Below are positions 39,691 through 49,598 of a stretch of 64,000 nt of DNA, in pieces; the stretch's first letter is position 1, and each line of letters opens with the position of its first letter. The notes below the pieces were generated by a model. The model did not search any database. It was not told where the DNA came from and saw only the letters and a program-made list of their open reading frames with translations. The stretch is taken from positions 34,277 to 98,276 of the forward strand of contig CABSFU010000003.1 of NCBI GenBank assembly GCA_902477075.1, in the 5' to 3' direction. Both the position numbers and the translations under genes were made by a program. The stretch is from an uncultured Bacillales bacterium. GTDB taxonomy: Bacteria > Bacillota_I > Bacilli_A > RF39 > UBA660.

Positions 39691-40554
39691 TTAATAATTT
39701 TCTTTCTTTAAAACTCCCAAGCCTAAATAAAACTTTTCTCCTTTTAATATTTTTTTCTTTATTATTCTTTGCAATGTTGTCTGTTCAGATAATGTATTAT
39801 AATCATTACACACATTTACTCCGTACACAAAATTCATAATATCATTAATACAGTCTTCACCATCTTTAATATCAAATAAATTATGAAAAAAGGCAATATT
39901 TGAATTTTTATCAAGTATACTATAAATTTGATTACTTAATAACCAAGAATCACAGATATATTTAGTTTTTTCTAGTTTAAATATACGTTTTAGTTCAATT
40001 TCTGATTTTTTTATTGAATCTTTGACTTCTATTAGATTTAATTTTTTACCCTTTGGTATATGAATCTTTATTGTAGAAACATTGTTTTCTGTATCTTCAT
40101 ACTCATATTGTAACCTTCCTATTTCTATAATTCTAACTTTTATGAAATACACTGCCCATAGCATTTGCGATATTCTTACACTATTATACTTTCTGTATAT
40201 CAAGTCATTTTCAAAGCATTCTTTTACTCTATTTTTATGAATTTCAACTTGTTCTATATCAATTCTATATTTATTCATATTATTTTTATGAGTTTCATAA
40301 CCCAATATTATCATCAAATTTGTTACAAATGGATTTATGTTATTTACAAATAATTCATTTACATCTTTTATTTGCCATAATTCTTCTATTTTAGAGAAAT
40401 CACTGCAATATAAAATTTTATATACATCGTTAAATGATTTTTTATAATTTTCATTTTGTTTTATCTCTTCAACACATCTATAACATTTTTCTTTATATAT
40501 TTTATCTATATTATAAAACGCAAACGCTTCATCTAATTTTATTTTATTTATCAC
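39691..40554 (-). CDS. Hypothetical protein (possibly DUF5596/GNAT-like acyltransferase-associated family)
   Basis: IHIPKG...CDSWLLSNQI...SNIAFFHNLF resembles that family from memory. The evidence is weak. Confidence 0.4.
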   Translation of the reverse strand: MINKIKLDEAFAFYNIDKIYKEKCYRCVEEIKQNENYKKSFNDVYKILYCSDFSKIEELWQIKDVNELFVNNINPFVTNLMIILGYETHKNNMNKYRIDIEQVEIHKNRVKECFENDLIYRKYNSVRISQMLWAVYFIKVRIIEIGRLQYEYEDTENNVSTIKIHIPKGKKLNLIEVKDSIKKSEIELKRIFKLEKTKYICDSWLLSNQIYSILDKNSNIAFFHNLFDIKDGEDCINDIMNFVYGVNVCNDYNTLSEQTTLQRIIKKKILKGEKFYLGLGVLKKENY

Positions 40555-40732
40555 CTTTTCACCTACTCCATCATCTTTATTTAAAAATTAAATATTCATT
40601 TAAATTGCCTAGTTAGTATATGTTTCTTTATATGAGTATGCGGTAAGTGAAAACATATACTCTTCTTTTAAACTACTTAATAAATCTTATAAATTTTATC
40701 AAAAATCAATTTTGATAAAATTTTTTATTTTT

Positions 40733-41950
40733 TCAATTTTTTTGACGTAGTACTGAAACACATTCAACATGACTTGTATTTGGAAACATATCCACTGGAG
40801 TTACTTCTTTAACAGAATAAATATCACTTAGTCTTTCTAAATCCCTTGCTAAAGTAATGGGATCACAAGATACATATACTATTTTATTTGGATTAATTTG
40901 TTTTAAGTAATGAATTGTTTTTTCATCTAAGCCACTTCTTGGTGGATCTACTATGATAGAGTCTATTTTTTGTTTAAATTGATCTATTACATTTGCTACG
41001 TCATCACAAATAAATTCGATGTTTTCCACATGATTTAATTCTCTATTTTTTTTAGCATCTTCTACTGCATATGGATTAATTTCAACTGAAATCACCTTTT
41101 TTACATGAGAACTAATATAAATGCCAATAGTACCCGTACCAGAATATAAATCCAAAACAATTTCCTTTTTTTGGGGTTGTAAATATTGTAATACTTGTTG
41201 ATACAATTTTTCCACCATATTACTGTTTACTTGATAAAAAGAATCTGGAGATATTATAAACTGATAATTTCCTATTTGATCGACTATGTGATTTTGACCA
41301 CTGATTAATTGATATTTTTGATCATATTGTAAAATAAAAGATTTTTCTTTTAATTTTTCTATAATTTCATTCGTTATTTTTTTACTGTGGATAACTACCA
41401 TATTATCTTTATTATTGCTTCTTACCATAATTTGATCTACATTTTTTAAATTGCATGTAGTGAAAATAGATAATATTTCATTGATATTTTTAGAAGCTAA
41501 ATAGCAGTATGTAATTGGAATAATATCATTACTTTTTTTATCATAAAAACCAATTTGATTTTTTACCTGAAAAGTTACTTTATTTCGATAATTATATTCT
41601 GTTCCATACAAAATATCTTTTACAATATTTTTATCTAAAGAAGTATACCTTTCTATAATATTTTCTATTTTATTTTTCTTAAATTGTAATTGTTCTGGAT
41701 AACTCATATGCATCAAATCACAACCACCACATTTCTCAAAGTAAGGACAAATTGGTTTGACCCTTTTAGGAGACTGTTCTATGTATTTTACAACTTTACC
41801 AATATTATATTTTTTCTTTTTTTGAATGATCTCTATTTCTACTATCTCACCAATTAAAGCATTTGGAATAAAAGTAGTAATTCCTTCTACTTTTGCGATT
41901 CCTCTTCCTTGGTGATCTAATCTTTCAATTTGTACCTTCATATCATTCAC
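40733..41950 (-). CDS. rlmD: 23S rRNA (uracil-5)-methyltransferase, RlmD/RumA family
   Basis: TRAM-like N-terminus (ERLDHQGRGIAKVEG), Fe-S Cys cluster (CPYFEKCGGCDLMH), AdoMet motif DLYSGTGTIG, and catalytic VYVSCDP. Confidence 0.85.
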   Translation of the reverse strand: MNDMKVQIERLDHQGRGIAKVEGITTFIPNALIGEIVEIEIIQKKKKYNIGKVVKYIEQSPKRVKPICPYFEKCGGCDLMHMSYPEQLQFKKNKIENIIERYTSLDKNIVKDILYGTEYNYRNKVTFQVKNQIGFYDKKSNDIIPITYCYLASKNINEILSIFTTCNLKNVDQIMVRSNNKDNMVVIHSKKITNEIIEKLKEKSFILQYDQKYQLISGQNHIVDQIGNYQFIISPDSFYQVNSNMVEKLYQQVLQYLQPQKKEIVLDLYSGTGTIGIYISSHVKKVISVEINPYAVEDAKKNRELNHVENIEFICDDVANVIDQFKQKIDSIIVDPPRSGLDEKTIHYLKQINPNKIVYVSCDPITLARDLERLSDIYSVKEVTPVDMFPNTSHVECVSVLRQKN

Positions 41951-42036
41951 TTCCTGAAATTATTATAAAGAAAAAAGAAACTTTTTACAAGCTTCTAACT
42001 TTCTAGAATTCAAATTTTTACTACTATCAAACAGTA

Positions 42037-42396
42037 TTATAAATATTTTGATATAATAGGAATTAAGAAAATGAAAACTAAAAAGATAAGTCCTAAAATT
42101 AAAACAAATTTTAAAGAACTATTATCCATTAATTTAACATTTTTTAATTCTTCTATTTCTTCTTTATCAACTACTTCTTCTTCCTCATGTTGTAAAGTAA
42201 CTTTAGCATCTGGATGTTCTAATACTTCTTTACTAACTGTATTATTCTCGGCATCTTTTTTTTCTTCTTTTTTATCTGTTGCTTCACTATCTACTGGTTC
42301 TACAGGAGGTAGATCTGCGAATGCTGTTGAAGAAACTTCTGGTTGTTCTGGCACTACTGCTTCTGCAAATAAATCTTCTATTTTTTCGTCGTTCAT
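42037..42396 (-). CDS. Acidic protein with a C-terminal TM anchor; unknown function
   Basis: 119-aa ORF with an RBS-like AGGTGGTG upstream. Confidence 0.45.
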   Translation of the reverse strand: MNDEKIEDLFAEAVVPEQPEVSSTAFADLPPVEPVDSEATDKKEEKKDAENNTVSKEVLEHPDAKVTLQHEEEEVVDKEEIEELKNVKLMDNSSLKFVLILGLIFLVFIFLIPIISKYL

Positions 42397-42540
42397 TATT
42401 ACACCACCTATTATCTAGATTATAACAAAAAAGATAAAAAAATAAAAGAACAATTTTAACAAACTAGACAAATTTAAAAAAAAAAGATATAATGATGTAG
42501 TTAGATTTCATTGAACGAATAAAAGAAAGGAGAATTTTAT

Positions 42541-44214
42541 TTGAAATTATTTAACAACGATGACACTAAGATTTTTGCGCTAGGTGGTCTTGGTGAAGTT
42601 GGAAAAAATATGTACTGTATAATGTACAACAATCAAATTATTATAACGGATGCAGGAATTTTATTTCCACAAGGAGAATTACTAGGAATTGATTATGTTA
42701 TTCCAGATTTTTCATTCCTTAAGAAAAATGAATCTAAAATTAAAGCTTTATTTATTACACACGGTCATGAGGATCATATTGGTGGAATTCCTTTTTTACT
42801 TAGTACAGTCAACATTCCTGCTATATATGCGCCAAATCAAGCAGTCGGTTTAATTAGAAAAAAGTTAGAGGATCGTGGAATTCAATACAATAACTTATAT
42901 GTATATGATGAAAAAACAAAAGTAAAATTTAAAAATATGGAAGTAGAGTTTTTTAGAACAACGCACTCTATTCCTGATTCACACGGAATATGCATCACAA
43001 CACCTAACGGAACAATCGTTACTACCGGAGATTTTAAATTCGATTTAACACCAATTGGACCAATGGCAAATTTACAAAAAATGGCCGAAATTGGTAAAAG
43101 AGGCGTTACTATTTTACTTAGTGATTCTACAAATGCTTTATCAGAAGGAATTAGCTTAAGTGAGTCAAAAGTAGATATGGCTTTGCAAGAAATATTTGCA
43201 AAGGAAAAAGGAAGAATTATTATTGCTACTTTTGCTTCTAATATCTATCGTTTAAAACATATCGTAGATACTTGTAAAAAAAATGGTAGAAAAATTGCTA
43301 CTTTTGGAAGAAGTATGGAAAATAATATTGAAATATCAATAGAAGGTGGATACATTAAAAACAAAGAAATTTTTGTTACACCAGAAGAAGCAAATACACT
43401 TCCACCAAACAAAGTATGTTTACTTTGTACCGGTTCACAAGGAGAACCATTAGCTGCTTTATCTAGAATTGCAGATGGTAGTCATAAACAAATTAAATTA
43501 CAACAAGATGATATTGTCGTTTTCTCGTCTTCTGCTATTCCTGGAAATGCTCTTAGTATTTCTAGAACAATTAATAAATTATATTTAAAAGGAGTACAAG
43601 TTTATACCAATACTTCTTTAAGTGATATTCACTCTTCCGGACATGGAAATGCGGAAGAATTAAAACTAATGATTCGTTTAATGAAACCAAAATATTTTAT
43701 GCCATTTCATGGTGAATATAGAATGTTAAAACAACATGCTGATTTAGCCATTTCCTGTGATGTTCCGAAAGAAAATACTTTCGTCCTTGAAAATGGGGAT
43801 GTTTTGTCTATGTATAAAGGAAAAGTCACAAGAGCAGGTAAAATTACAGCAGAGGATATTTATGTAGATGGTAACAGGATTGGTGACGTTGGCTCTATTG
43901 TAATTAAAGATAGAAATGTAATGGCAAATGATGGTATTATTGTAGTAATTGCCAATGTTGATACAAAAAATAATACTCTTCTTGGAAGAGTAAATATTAC
44001 TACTAGAGGATTTGTTCAAATCAATGAAAATGAAGAATTATTAAGAACACTTGAAAATGTAGCCAAATCGGCAATTCTTAGTAAATTAGATAAGCACATT
44101 AGCTATTCAGACATTAAAAATGAAATTGTAACAAATGTTTCTAGTTATGTATTCAACAAAACTGGTAGAAAACCTATCATACTTCCAGTTATTATGGATA
44201 TAAAAAGGGGATAA
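42541..44214 (+). CDS. rnj: Ribonuclease J
   Basis: Metallo-beta-lactamase HGHEDHIGG, beta-CASP organisation, TTG start behind AGGAG, and an upstream TAGACA-17-TATAAT promoter. Confidence 0.9.
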   Translation: MKLFNNDDTKIFALGGLGEVGKNMYCIMYNNQIIITDAGILFPQGELLGIDYVIPDFSFLKKNESKIKALFITHGHEDHIGGIPFLLSTVNIPAIYAPNQAVGLIRKKLEDRGIQYNNLYVYDEKTKVKFKNMEVEFFRTTHSIPDSHGICITTPNGTIVTTGDFKFDLTPIGPMANLQKMAEIGKRGVTILLSDSTNALSEGISLSESKVDMALQEIFAKEKGRIIIATFASNIYRLKHIVDTCKKNGRKIATFGRSMENNIEISIEGGYIKNKEIFVTPEEANTLPPNKVCLLCTGSQGEPLAALSRIADGSHKQIKLQQDDIVVFSSSAIPGNALSISRTINKLYLKGVQVYTNTSLSDIHSSGHGNAEELKLMIRLMKPKYFMPFHGEYRMLKQHADLAISCDVPKENTFVLENGDVLSMYKGKVTRAGKITAEDIYVDGNRIGDVGSIVIKDRNVMANDGIIVVIANVDTKNNTLLGRVNITTRGFVQINENEELLRTLENVAKSAILSKLDKHISYSDIKNEIVTNVSSYVFNKTGRKPIILPVIMDIKRG

Positions 44215-44280
44215 TCTCCTTTTTAATTTGACAATTTTAAAAAAAATGTTAAATTATTAACTATTCAAAGGGGTGGTTGT

Positions 44281-44751
44281 ATGTCAAGTTCAGAAATCAA
44301 AGATATTAAAAAAGCAATTATAATTGAAAAAAGTAATTTTATATTAAATAATAGTACCTATTTTAATCAAAAATTTAAAGAGGATTTAATTACTTTAAAG
44401 AGCATTCTTTTAAATCCAGCTCCATTAAAACAATGTGATGGATATAATGAATTGATGCAGGATATTAAAAAGTCTCAAATTAGAAATATTCCTACCTTAA
44501 GCTACCAAAATTCTTTAGAAGTTTTATTTACTATTGTATATTACATTAGAGCAAACATAATAAGTAGTGAACAAAACAAACACGAACAAGTAGAAACAAT
44601 TAGAAAATATGTTAAATGTATTAGTACTCATGATAGTGGTAAAATATATTATGACAATCAAAAAATTGTTTCCTTAAATTCAGAAAAGATAGAACAAATA
44701 AAAAAAGAAACAATAGAGGAAAATGAACAAAGAAAAAGAACAATTAGATAA
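44281..44751 (+). CDS. Hypothetical protein
   Basis: 156-aa ORF behind GGGGTGG. No motif recognised. Confidence 0.45.
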   Translation: MSSSEIKDIKKAIIIEKSNFILNNSTYFNQKFKEDLITLKSILLNPAPLKQCDGYNELMQDIKKSQIRNIPTLSYQNSLEVLFTIVYYIRANIISSEQNKHEQVETIRKYVKCISTHDSGKIYYDNQKIVSLNSEKIEQIKKETIEENEQRKRTIR

Positions 44752-44773
44752 TAACAATCTAAATTGTTCTTTT

Positions 44774-45778
44774 TTATTTTACCATCCAAGCACTTGGTAT
44801 CCATCTTTCACCAGTAGCGCTAATGGCACATGGCTTACTAATTAAATTTCCATTTTCAACCAAACTACTAGAAGCTCCACCATCTAGATTAACAGCATTA
44901 TAAGCCCTATAACGAACAAATATATCTGTTAATTCGGACATGCTAATACCTAAACTATATCCTGGTTGTCTACCATCTATTACAACAAACAAGACAATAC
45001 CGTCCTTTCTTTGCCCAATAGCTGTTCTAGAAGAAATACCATATCCACCATTTCCTTTCGCAATAGACCTTTTTCCATTGACAATTAAAAATGGTCCAAA
45101 TTCAACAGCATTCTCTATTCCGGCCTGTATGGCTCCTTCAGCACTTCCTTTGTAAAGCATTAAAATATTATCTTTTGTAAAACCAACAATACCGCCACCC
45201 CAACCAGTATCTACTCCTTGATATAAAATTTTCGCATTTTTTATTAAGGTACCTGTTGGAATACCACCATTACCAACTCCACCTGCATCAGCAAAGCCAC
45301 CAGCATTAATAGCTATAAGAGCATTTTCTCTTTTTGCCATGCTTTCTAGAAATTCTCCTCTAGTTCCTAGATAATTACTGGTAACAAGTTGAATTCTAGA
45401 TGGGTCATAAACAGCCACTAAATATCCTTGATAACCTGTCCCAGACAATGGAATAATTTTATACACATCCTCTTTTTTTCTGGATAAAATTTGTTCCTCA
45501 TAAATAGAGTCATAACTAGTCTGTTCGTTTATTTTACTAATGTTAATAGCTGTCAAATCGGTATTTTCATCTACTTCTTCCATATAATTGGAATCCATAA
45601 TTTTATAAATGGTTTCATCACTATATAAAGTTTTCGCTAAATAGTGGTGAGATTTTGTTGTCATTGCTGTTGTCACTAATAAATTTCTGAAATAGTCAAT
45701 TGGACCATACGTAAAAAACAAAAATGTACATGCCAAAATATCTAAAATAATCAATACTGTTACTACTATTTTACGCAT
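44774..45778 (-). CDS. Phosphodiester glycosidase (DUF2233/NAGPA-like) family protein
   Basis: N-terminal TM; AINAGGFADAGGVGNGGIPTG and NLDGGASS motifs. Confidence 0.65.
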   Translation of the reverse strand: MRKIVVTVLIILDILACTFLFFTYGPIDYFRNLLVTTAMTTKSHHYLAKTLYSDETIYKIMDSNYMEEVDENTDLTAINISKINEQTSYDSIYEEQILSRKKEDVYKIIPLSGTGYQGYLVAVYDPSRIQLVTSNYLGTRGEFLESMAKRENALIAINAGGFADAGGVGNGGIPTGTLIKNAKILYQGVDTGWGGGIVGFTKDNILMLYKGSAEGAIQAGIENAVEFGPFLIVNGKRSIAKGNGGYGISSRTAIGQRKDGIVLFVVIDGRQPGYSLGISMSELTDIFVRYRAYNAVNLDGGASSSLVENGNLISKPCAISATGERWIPSAWMVK

Positions 45779-45786
45779 AACTACTC

Positions 45787-48528
45787 CTATTCTACTACAT
45801 ATGGATCTGCTATTGTACCACTTCCAGTCATTACAACATTTTTACTGACATAAATAACTGGTCTTATTTTTTTTAGTTCATCAATGGATGATACTATTAA
45901 TTTACTATTATCTCCTACTGCATATACCATATCTTCTGTATCTGGTGTTAATAAATAATAATTTGAAAAATCATTGATAAAATTATCTGTTACCGACATT
46001 AACCCAACATATGATTTCACGGTGTCAGCATAAGCGGATTGGTAATTGTCACTATAATTTCCTATATAAAAATCTTTTTCTAATAAATTATTTTTATTTA
46101 ATTTTTCATAAAAATCATGATTTAGATAATAAGCAATGGAACCTTTATCATTTGCATTATATTGATTTGATGCTTTAGAAAAAGAACGTTCTTCTAATAG
46201 TTCTGTTAAAGCAAGTTTGTATCCATCTTCTTCAATATCGATAATTTTCCACAAATAATTACTATATTTCATATAACTTCCTACTGTAATATTATTCTTT
46301 TCAATTTGGTATGGATCTTCTTTTGTGCCATTACCACTTACTACTTTTACATTGTCTTTTAAAGTAATGACAGGTCTAATTCCATAGTAACCATTTGTTT
46401 CACTACTTACTCCGCCTTCGGTAAATACATAATAATTTTGAGCAGAAGTTGACATCAACCAATAATAAGTTCCATTATTTAAATAAGATTCATTTCCTAA
46501 AGCTTGAACATATTCTTTATACGTTAATAAGCCAACTTTATCATTTATTTGTTCTACACAATTATGATTTTCTAATGTTTCTTGAATACAGAAGCTAGTA
46601 CTTTTTAAATACATTTCTGGATAGATTAATTGGTTATAAAAAATTCCTGTATCTTCTAATCCATCATCATTTAAATAATTTCTGATATCTGATGTTTTAT
46701 AATGATTTTTTAATTTTAAATTAACAATAGACGTATCTGTAACTAATTTAATGGAATTATCTTCATTGATTTTAACAATTCGAAATAAAAAGCCAGAATA
46801 ATTTACATAATTATTTTCGACTTGTCCTTTATATATATATTCTTTATTTTGATAGTATAAACCACTGCCAGTTGTAACTACTTGTTCTTTTAGTACATCA
46901 CTTAAATTAGATTCTGTCTGAGTACTAGGATGTTCTTCTTTATAATACTTTATAAAACGAACGCTGTAAAAAATAGTAAAAAAACTTAGAAATAAAAGTG
47001 ATACTATAATAAATATGTTTGATTTCGTATTCTTTTTTTGGATTAAATTTTCTCCTGTCATTTCTTTTGGAACAGGCATTTTTAATAAACTCAAAATAGT
47101 TGGCGCTATGTCAGCTAATTTACCATTTTTCAAACGAATATTTTTATTTGTAATAATGAGAGGAACCTTACTCATAGAATGGGATGTTACTTCTCTATTT
47201 TCCTGATCTATCATGGTATCACAGTTTCCATGATCAGCTGTAATCACTAAAGTTCCCTTTAATTCTTCTACTTTATCATAAATTTTTCCTAAACAAACAT
47301 CTAAATGTTCTAAAGCTTGTACTGTTGCATCAAAATTACCAGTATGACCAACCATATCTCCATTGGCAAAATTAAGGATAATAACATCGTAATTACCCAT
47401 CACTTCTATTAATTTATCAGTTATTTCGTACGCACTCATTTCTGGTTTTAAATCGTAGGTAGCAACTTTAGGAGATGGAATCAATATTTGATCTTTTCCT
47501 TTTAGTTCTAATTCTTTTCCTCCATCAAAGAAATAAGTAACATGCGCATACTTTTCTGTTTCAGCAATTCTTAATTGTTTTAAATTTTGTTTACTTAAAT
47601 AAACTCCAAGTGTATTTTCTAAAGGTTCCTTTTGATAAGCATTTGTACAAATGACTTCTTTACTTACGCCAAACATTGTAACTAGTTTAATGTTTTTAAA
47701 GGTAATATGATCAAATTCATTAAAGTTTGGATTGGTTAATGCTTTAAATAACTCTCTCAAGCGATCTGGTCTATAGTTAAATACAATGAGACCATCTTTA
47801 TCTTCTACTTTACCCTCTTTATTCACTAAAATTGGTTCTATAAATTCATCTGTTATATTCTTTTCATAACTATCTTTTATATACTTTTTATAATCTTTTG
47901 TAACTTTACCTTCTCCAATGATTACTTTATAAGCTTTTTCTACTCTATCCCATCTATTGTCTCTATCCATTGCATAGTATCTACCTGAAATAGTAGCTAT
48001 TTTTCCAAAACCAACTTCTTTTATTTTTTCTTCTAGTTGTTCAATATAAGAAAGTGCTTCTGTTGGCAATGTATCTCTTCCATCTAAAAATAAATGATAA
48101 TAAATTTCTTTTATTCCATTTTTTTTGCACATATCAATTAGTGCCATCAAATGGTGAATATCAGAATGAATTCCACCATCACTTAATAATCCAAAAATAT
48201 GTAACTTTGACTTGTTTTCTTTTACATAATCAATGACATCTAAAATATTTTTATTTTCGTAAAATTTTCCATTTTTAATTTCTTCATTAATTTGTTCTTG
48301 TGGTTGATAAACTACTCTTCCGGCTCCAATATTAAAATGTCCAACTTCTGAGTTACCCATTTGACCATGTGGTAATCCTACTGCTTCTTCACTAGCTGAT
48401 AATAAACTATGTGGATATTCTTTTACCAATTTGTCATAATTTGGCATATTTGCTTTTGCTAAAGCATTCCCTTTTTTTTCTTTTCGAATACCAAAGCCAT
48501 CTAATATACATAGCACAAGTGGTTTCAT
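45787..48528 (-). CDS. gpmI: 2,3-bisphosphoglycerate-independent phosphoglycerate mutase fused in frame to a TM helix and a ~390-aa extracellular-type domain
   Basis: The iPGM motifs run from LCILDGFG, GQMGNSEVGH and ITADHGN through to MTGENLI (about 47040-48528). Then comes SNIFIIVSLLFLSFFTIFYSV (about 46960-47025). Two copies of the domain seen in the 32287-33378 protein follow. ATG at 48528 follows GGAGTG. Confidence 0.85.
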   Translation of the reverse strand: MKPLVLCILDGFGIRKEKKGNALAKANMPNYDKLVKEYPHSLLSASEEAVGLPHGQMGNSEVGHFNIGAGRVVYQPQEQINEEIKNGKFYENKNILDVIDYVKENKSKLHIFGLLSDGGIHSDIHHLMALIDMCKKNGIKEIYYHLFLDGRDTLPTEALSYIEQLEEKIKEVGFGKIATISGRYYAMDRDNRWDRVEKAYKVIIGEGKVTKDYKKYIKDSYEKNITDEFIEPILVNKEGKVEDKDGLIVFNYRPDRLRELFKALTNPNFNEFDHITFKNIKLVTMFGVSKEVICTNAYQKEPLENTLGVYLSKQNLKQLRIAETEKYAHVTYFFDGGKELELKGKDQILIPSPKVATYDLKPEMSAYEITDKLIEVMGNYDVIILNFANGDMVGHTGNFDATVQALEHLDVCLGKIYDKVEELKGTLVITADHGNCDTMIDQENREVTSHSMSKVPLIITNKNIRLKNGKLADIAPTILSLLKMPVPKEMTGENLIQKKNTKSNIFIIVSLLFLSFFTIFYSVRFIKYYKEEHPSTQTESNLSDVLKEQVVTTGSGLYYQNKEYIYKGQVENNYVNYSGFLFRIVKINEDNSIKLVTDTSIVNLKLKNHYKTSDIRNYLNDDGLEDTGIFYNQLIYPEMYLKSTSFCIQETLENHNCVEQINDKVGLLTYKEYVQALGNESYLNNGTYYWLMSTSAQNYYVFTEGGVSSETNGYYGIRPVITLKDNVKVVSGNGTKEDPYQIEKNNITVGSYMKYSNYLWKIIDIEEDGYKLALTELLEERSFSKASNQYNANDKGSIAYYLNHDFYEKLNKNNLLEKDFYIGNYSDNYQSAYADTVKSYVGLMSVTDNFINDFSNYYLLTPDTEDMVYAVGDNSKLIVSSIDELKKIRPVIYVSKNVVMTGSGTIADPYVVE

Positions 48529-48593
48529 TGCTATCACACTCCTATATTATTATAACTTATTTTATCTATTTTATCTACGAAAAAAATGTGTTG

Positions 48594-49541
48594 CTACACA
48601 TTTTTACTTAAATCTTCACTAATAATATATCTAGGTCTCTTTTTTACCTCATTATAACTTTTTCCAATGTATTCACCAATAATACCAAGTGAAAGCATTT
48701 GAATACCTGATACAAACCATATAGAACAAGATAGAAAAGTCCATCCATCTACAGCATTACCTAATAACTTAGATAATAGTGAATAAATAATCATAACAAT
48801 ACTAATGGTAAAAATAATAATACCTAATGTTAAAACAAAGCGAATTGGTTTCACACTAAAAGACGTAATCCCATCCCAAGCAAAATTTAACATTTTTTTT
48901 AGGGGATATTTACTTTCTCCAGCAAATCGTTCATTTCTCTCATAATAAACAATATCGTATTTGTATCCGATAAGTGGGAAAATTCCTCTTAGAAAAAGGT
49001 TTACTTCTTCAAATTTTTCTAATTCATTTAAAACCTTTTTACTTGCTAAACGGTAATCTGCATGATTAAAAATAATATCAACTCCCATTATTTTCATAAA
49101 TTTATAAAAGGCTTCTGCAGTTGTTTTTTTGAACCAAGAGTCTTTTTTTCTACTGCTTCTAACACCATAAACAATTTCGTTTCCTTCTTCATATTTTTTT
49201 ATCATTTCATCTATAGCATTAATATCATCTTGTAGATCTGCATCCATACTGATAATAATATCTGCTTTTTCTTTTGCTGTCATAAGTCCTGCTAATAAAG
49301 CATTTTGATGTCCTCTATTTCGGGATAAAGAAATACCTGTAAACATGGTATCTTTAGAAATTTTTTTAATTAATTCCCAAGTTTTATCTTTAGAACCATC
49401 ATTTACATACATTACTTTACTATTTTTGGATATTTTTTTTTGGTTAATTAAATTTGTTAATTTTTCCTTTAAACGTTTTGTTGTTTCTTCTAATACTTCT
49501 TCTTCATTATAACATGGTACTACAACATATAATGTATTCAT
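48594..49541 (-). CDS. GT2 polyprenol-phosphate glycosyltransferase (GtrB/CsbB-like)
   Basis: VVVPCYNEEE, DGSKD and DADLQD motifs, with two C-terminal TM helices. Confidence 0.85.
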   Translation of the reverse strand: MNTLYVVVPCYNEEEVLEETTKRLKEKLTNLINQKKISKNSKVMYVNDGSKDKTWELIKKISKDTMFTGISLSRNRGHQNALLAGLMTAKEKADIIISMDADLQDDINAIDEMIKKYEEGNEIVYGVRSSRKKDSWFKKTTAEAFYKFMKIMGVDIIFNHADYRLASKKVLNELEKFEEVNLFLRGIFPLIGYKYDIVYYERNERFAGESKYPLKKMLNFAWDGITSFSVKPIRFVLTLGIIIFTISIVMIIYSLLSKLLGNAVDGWTFLSCSIWFVSGIQMLSLGIIGEYIGKSYNEVKKRPRYIISEDLSKNV

Positions 49542-49598
49542 AAAAATTCTCCTTACTAATTTATATCATAATATTTTTTTCATTTATTTGCAATAGAA

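Noticed and set aside
42071-42418. 115-aa plus-strand ORF
   Set aside because: It mirrors the acidic 119-aa minus-strand ORF, which has the better RBS and a sensible C-terminal TM. Only one of the two can be real.
43744-44019. 91-aa minus-strand ORF inside RNase J
   Set aside because: It is antisense to a gene with clear metallo-beta-lactamase/beta-CASP motifs.
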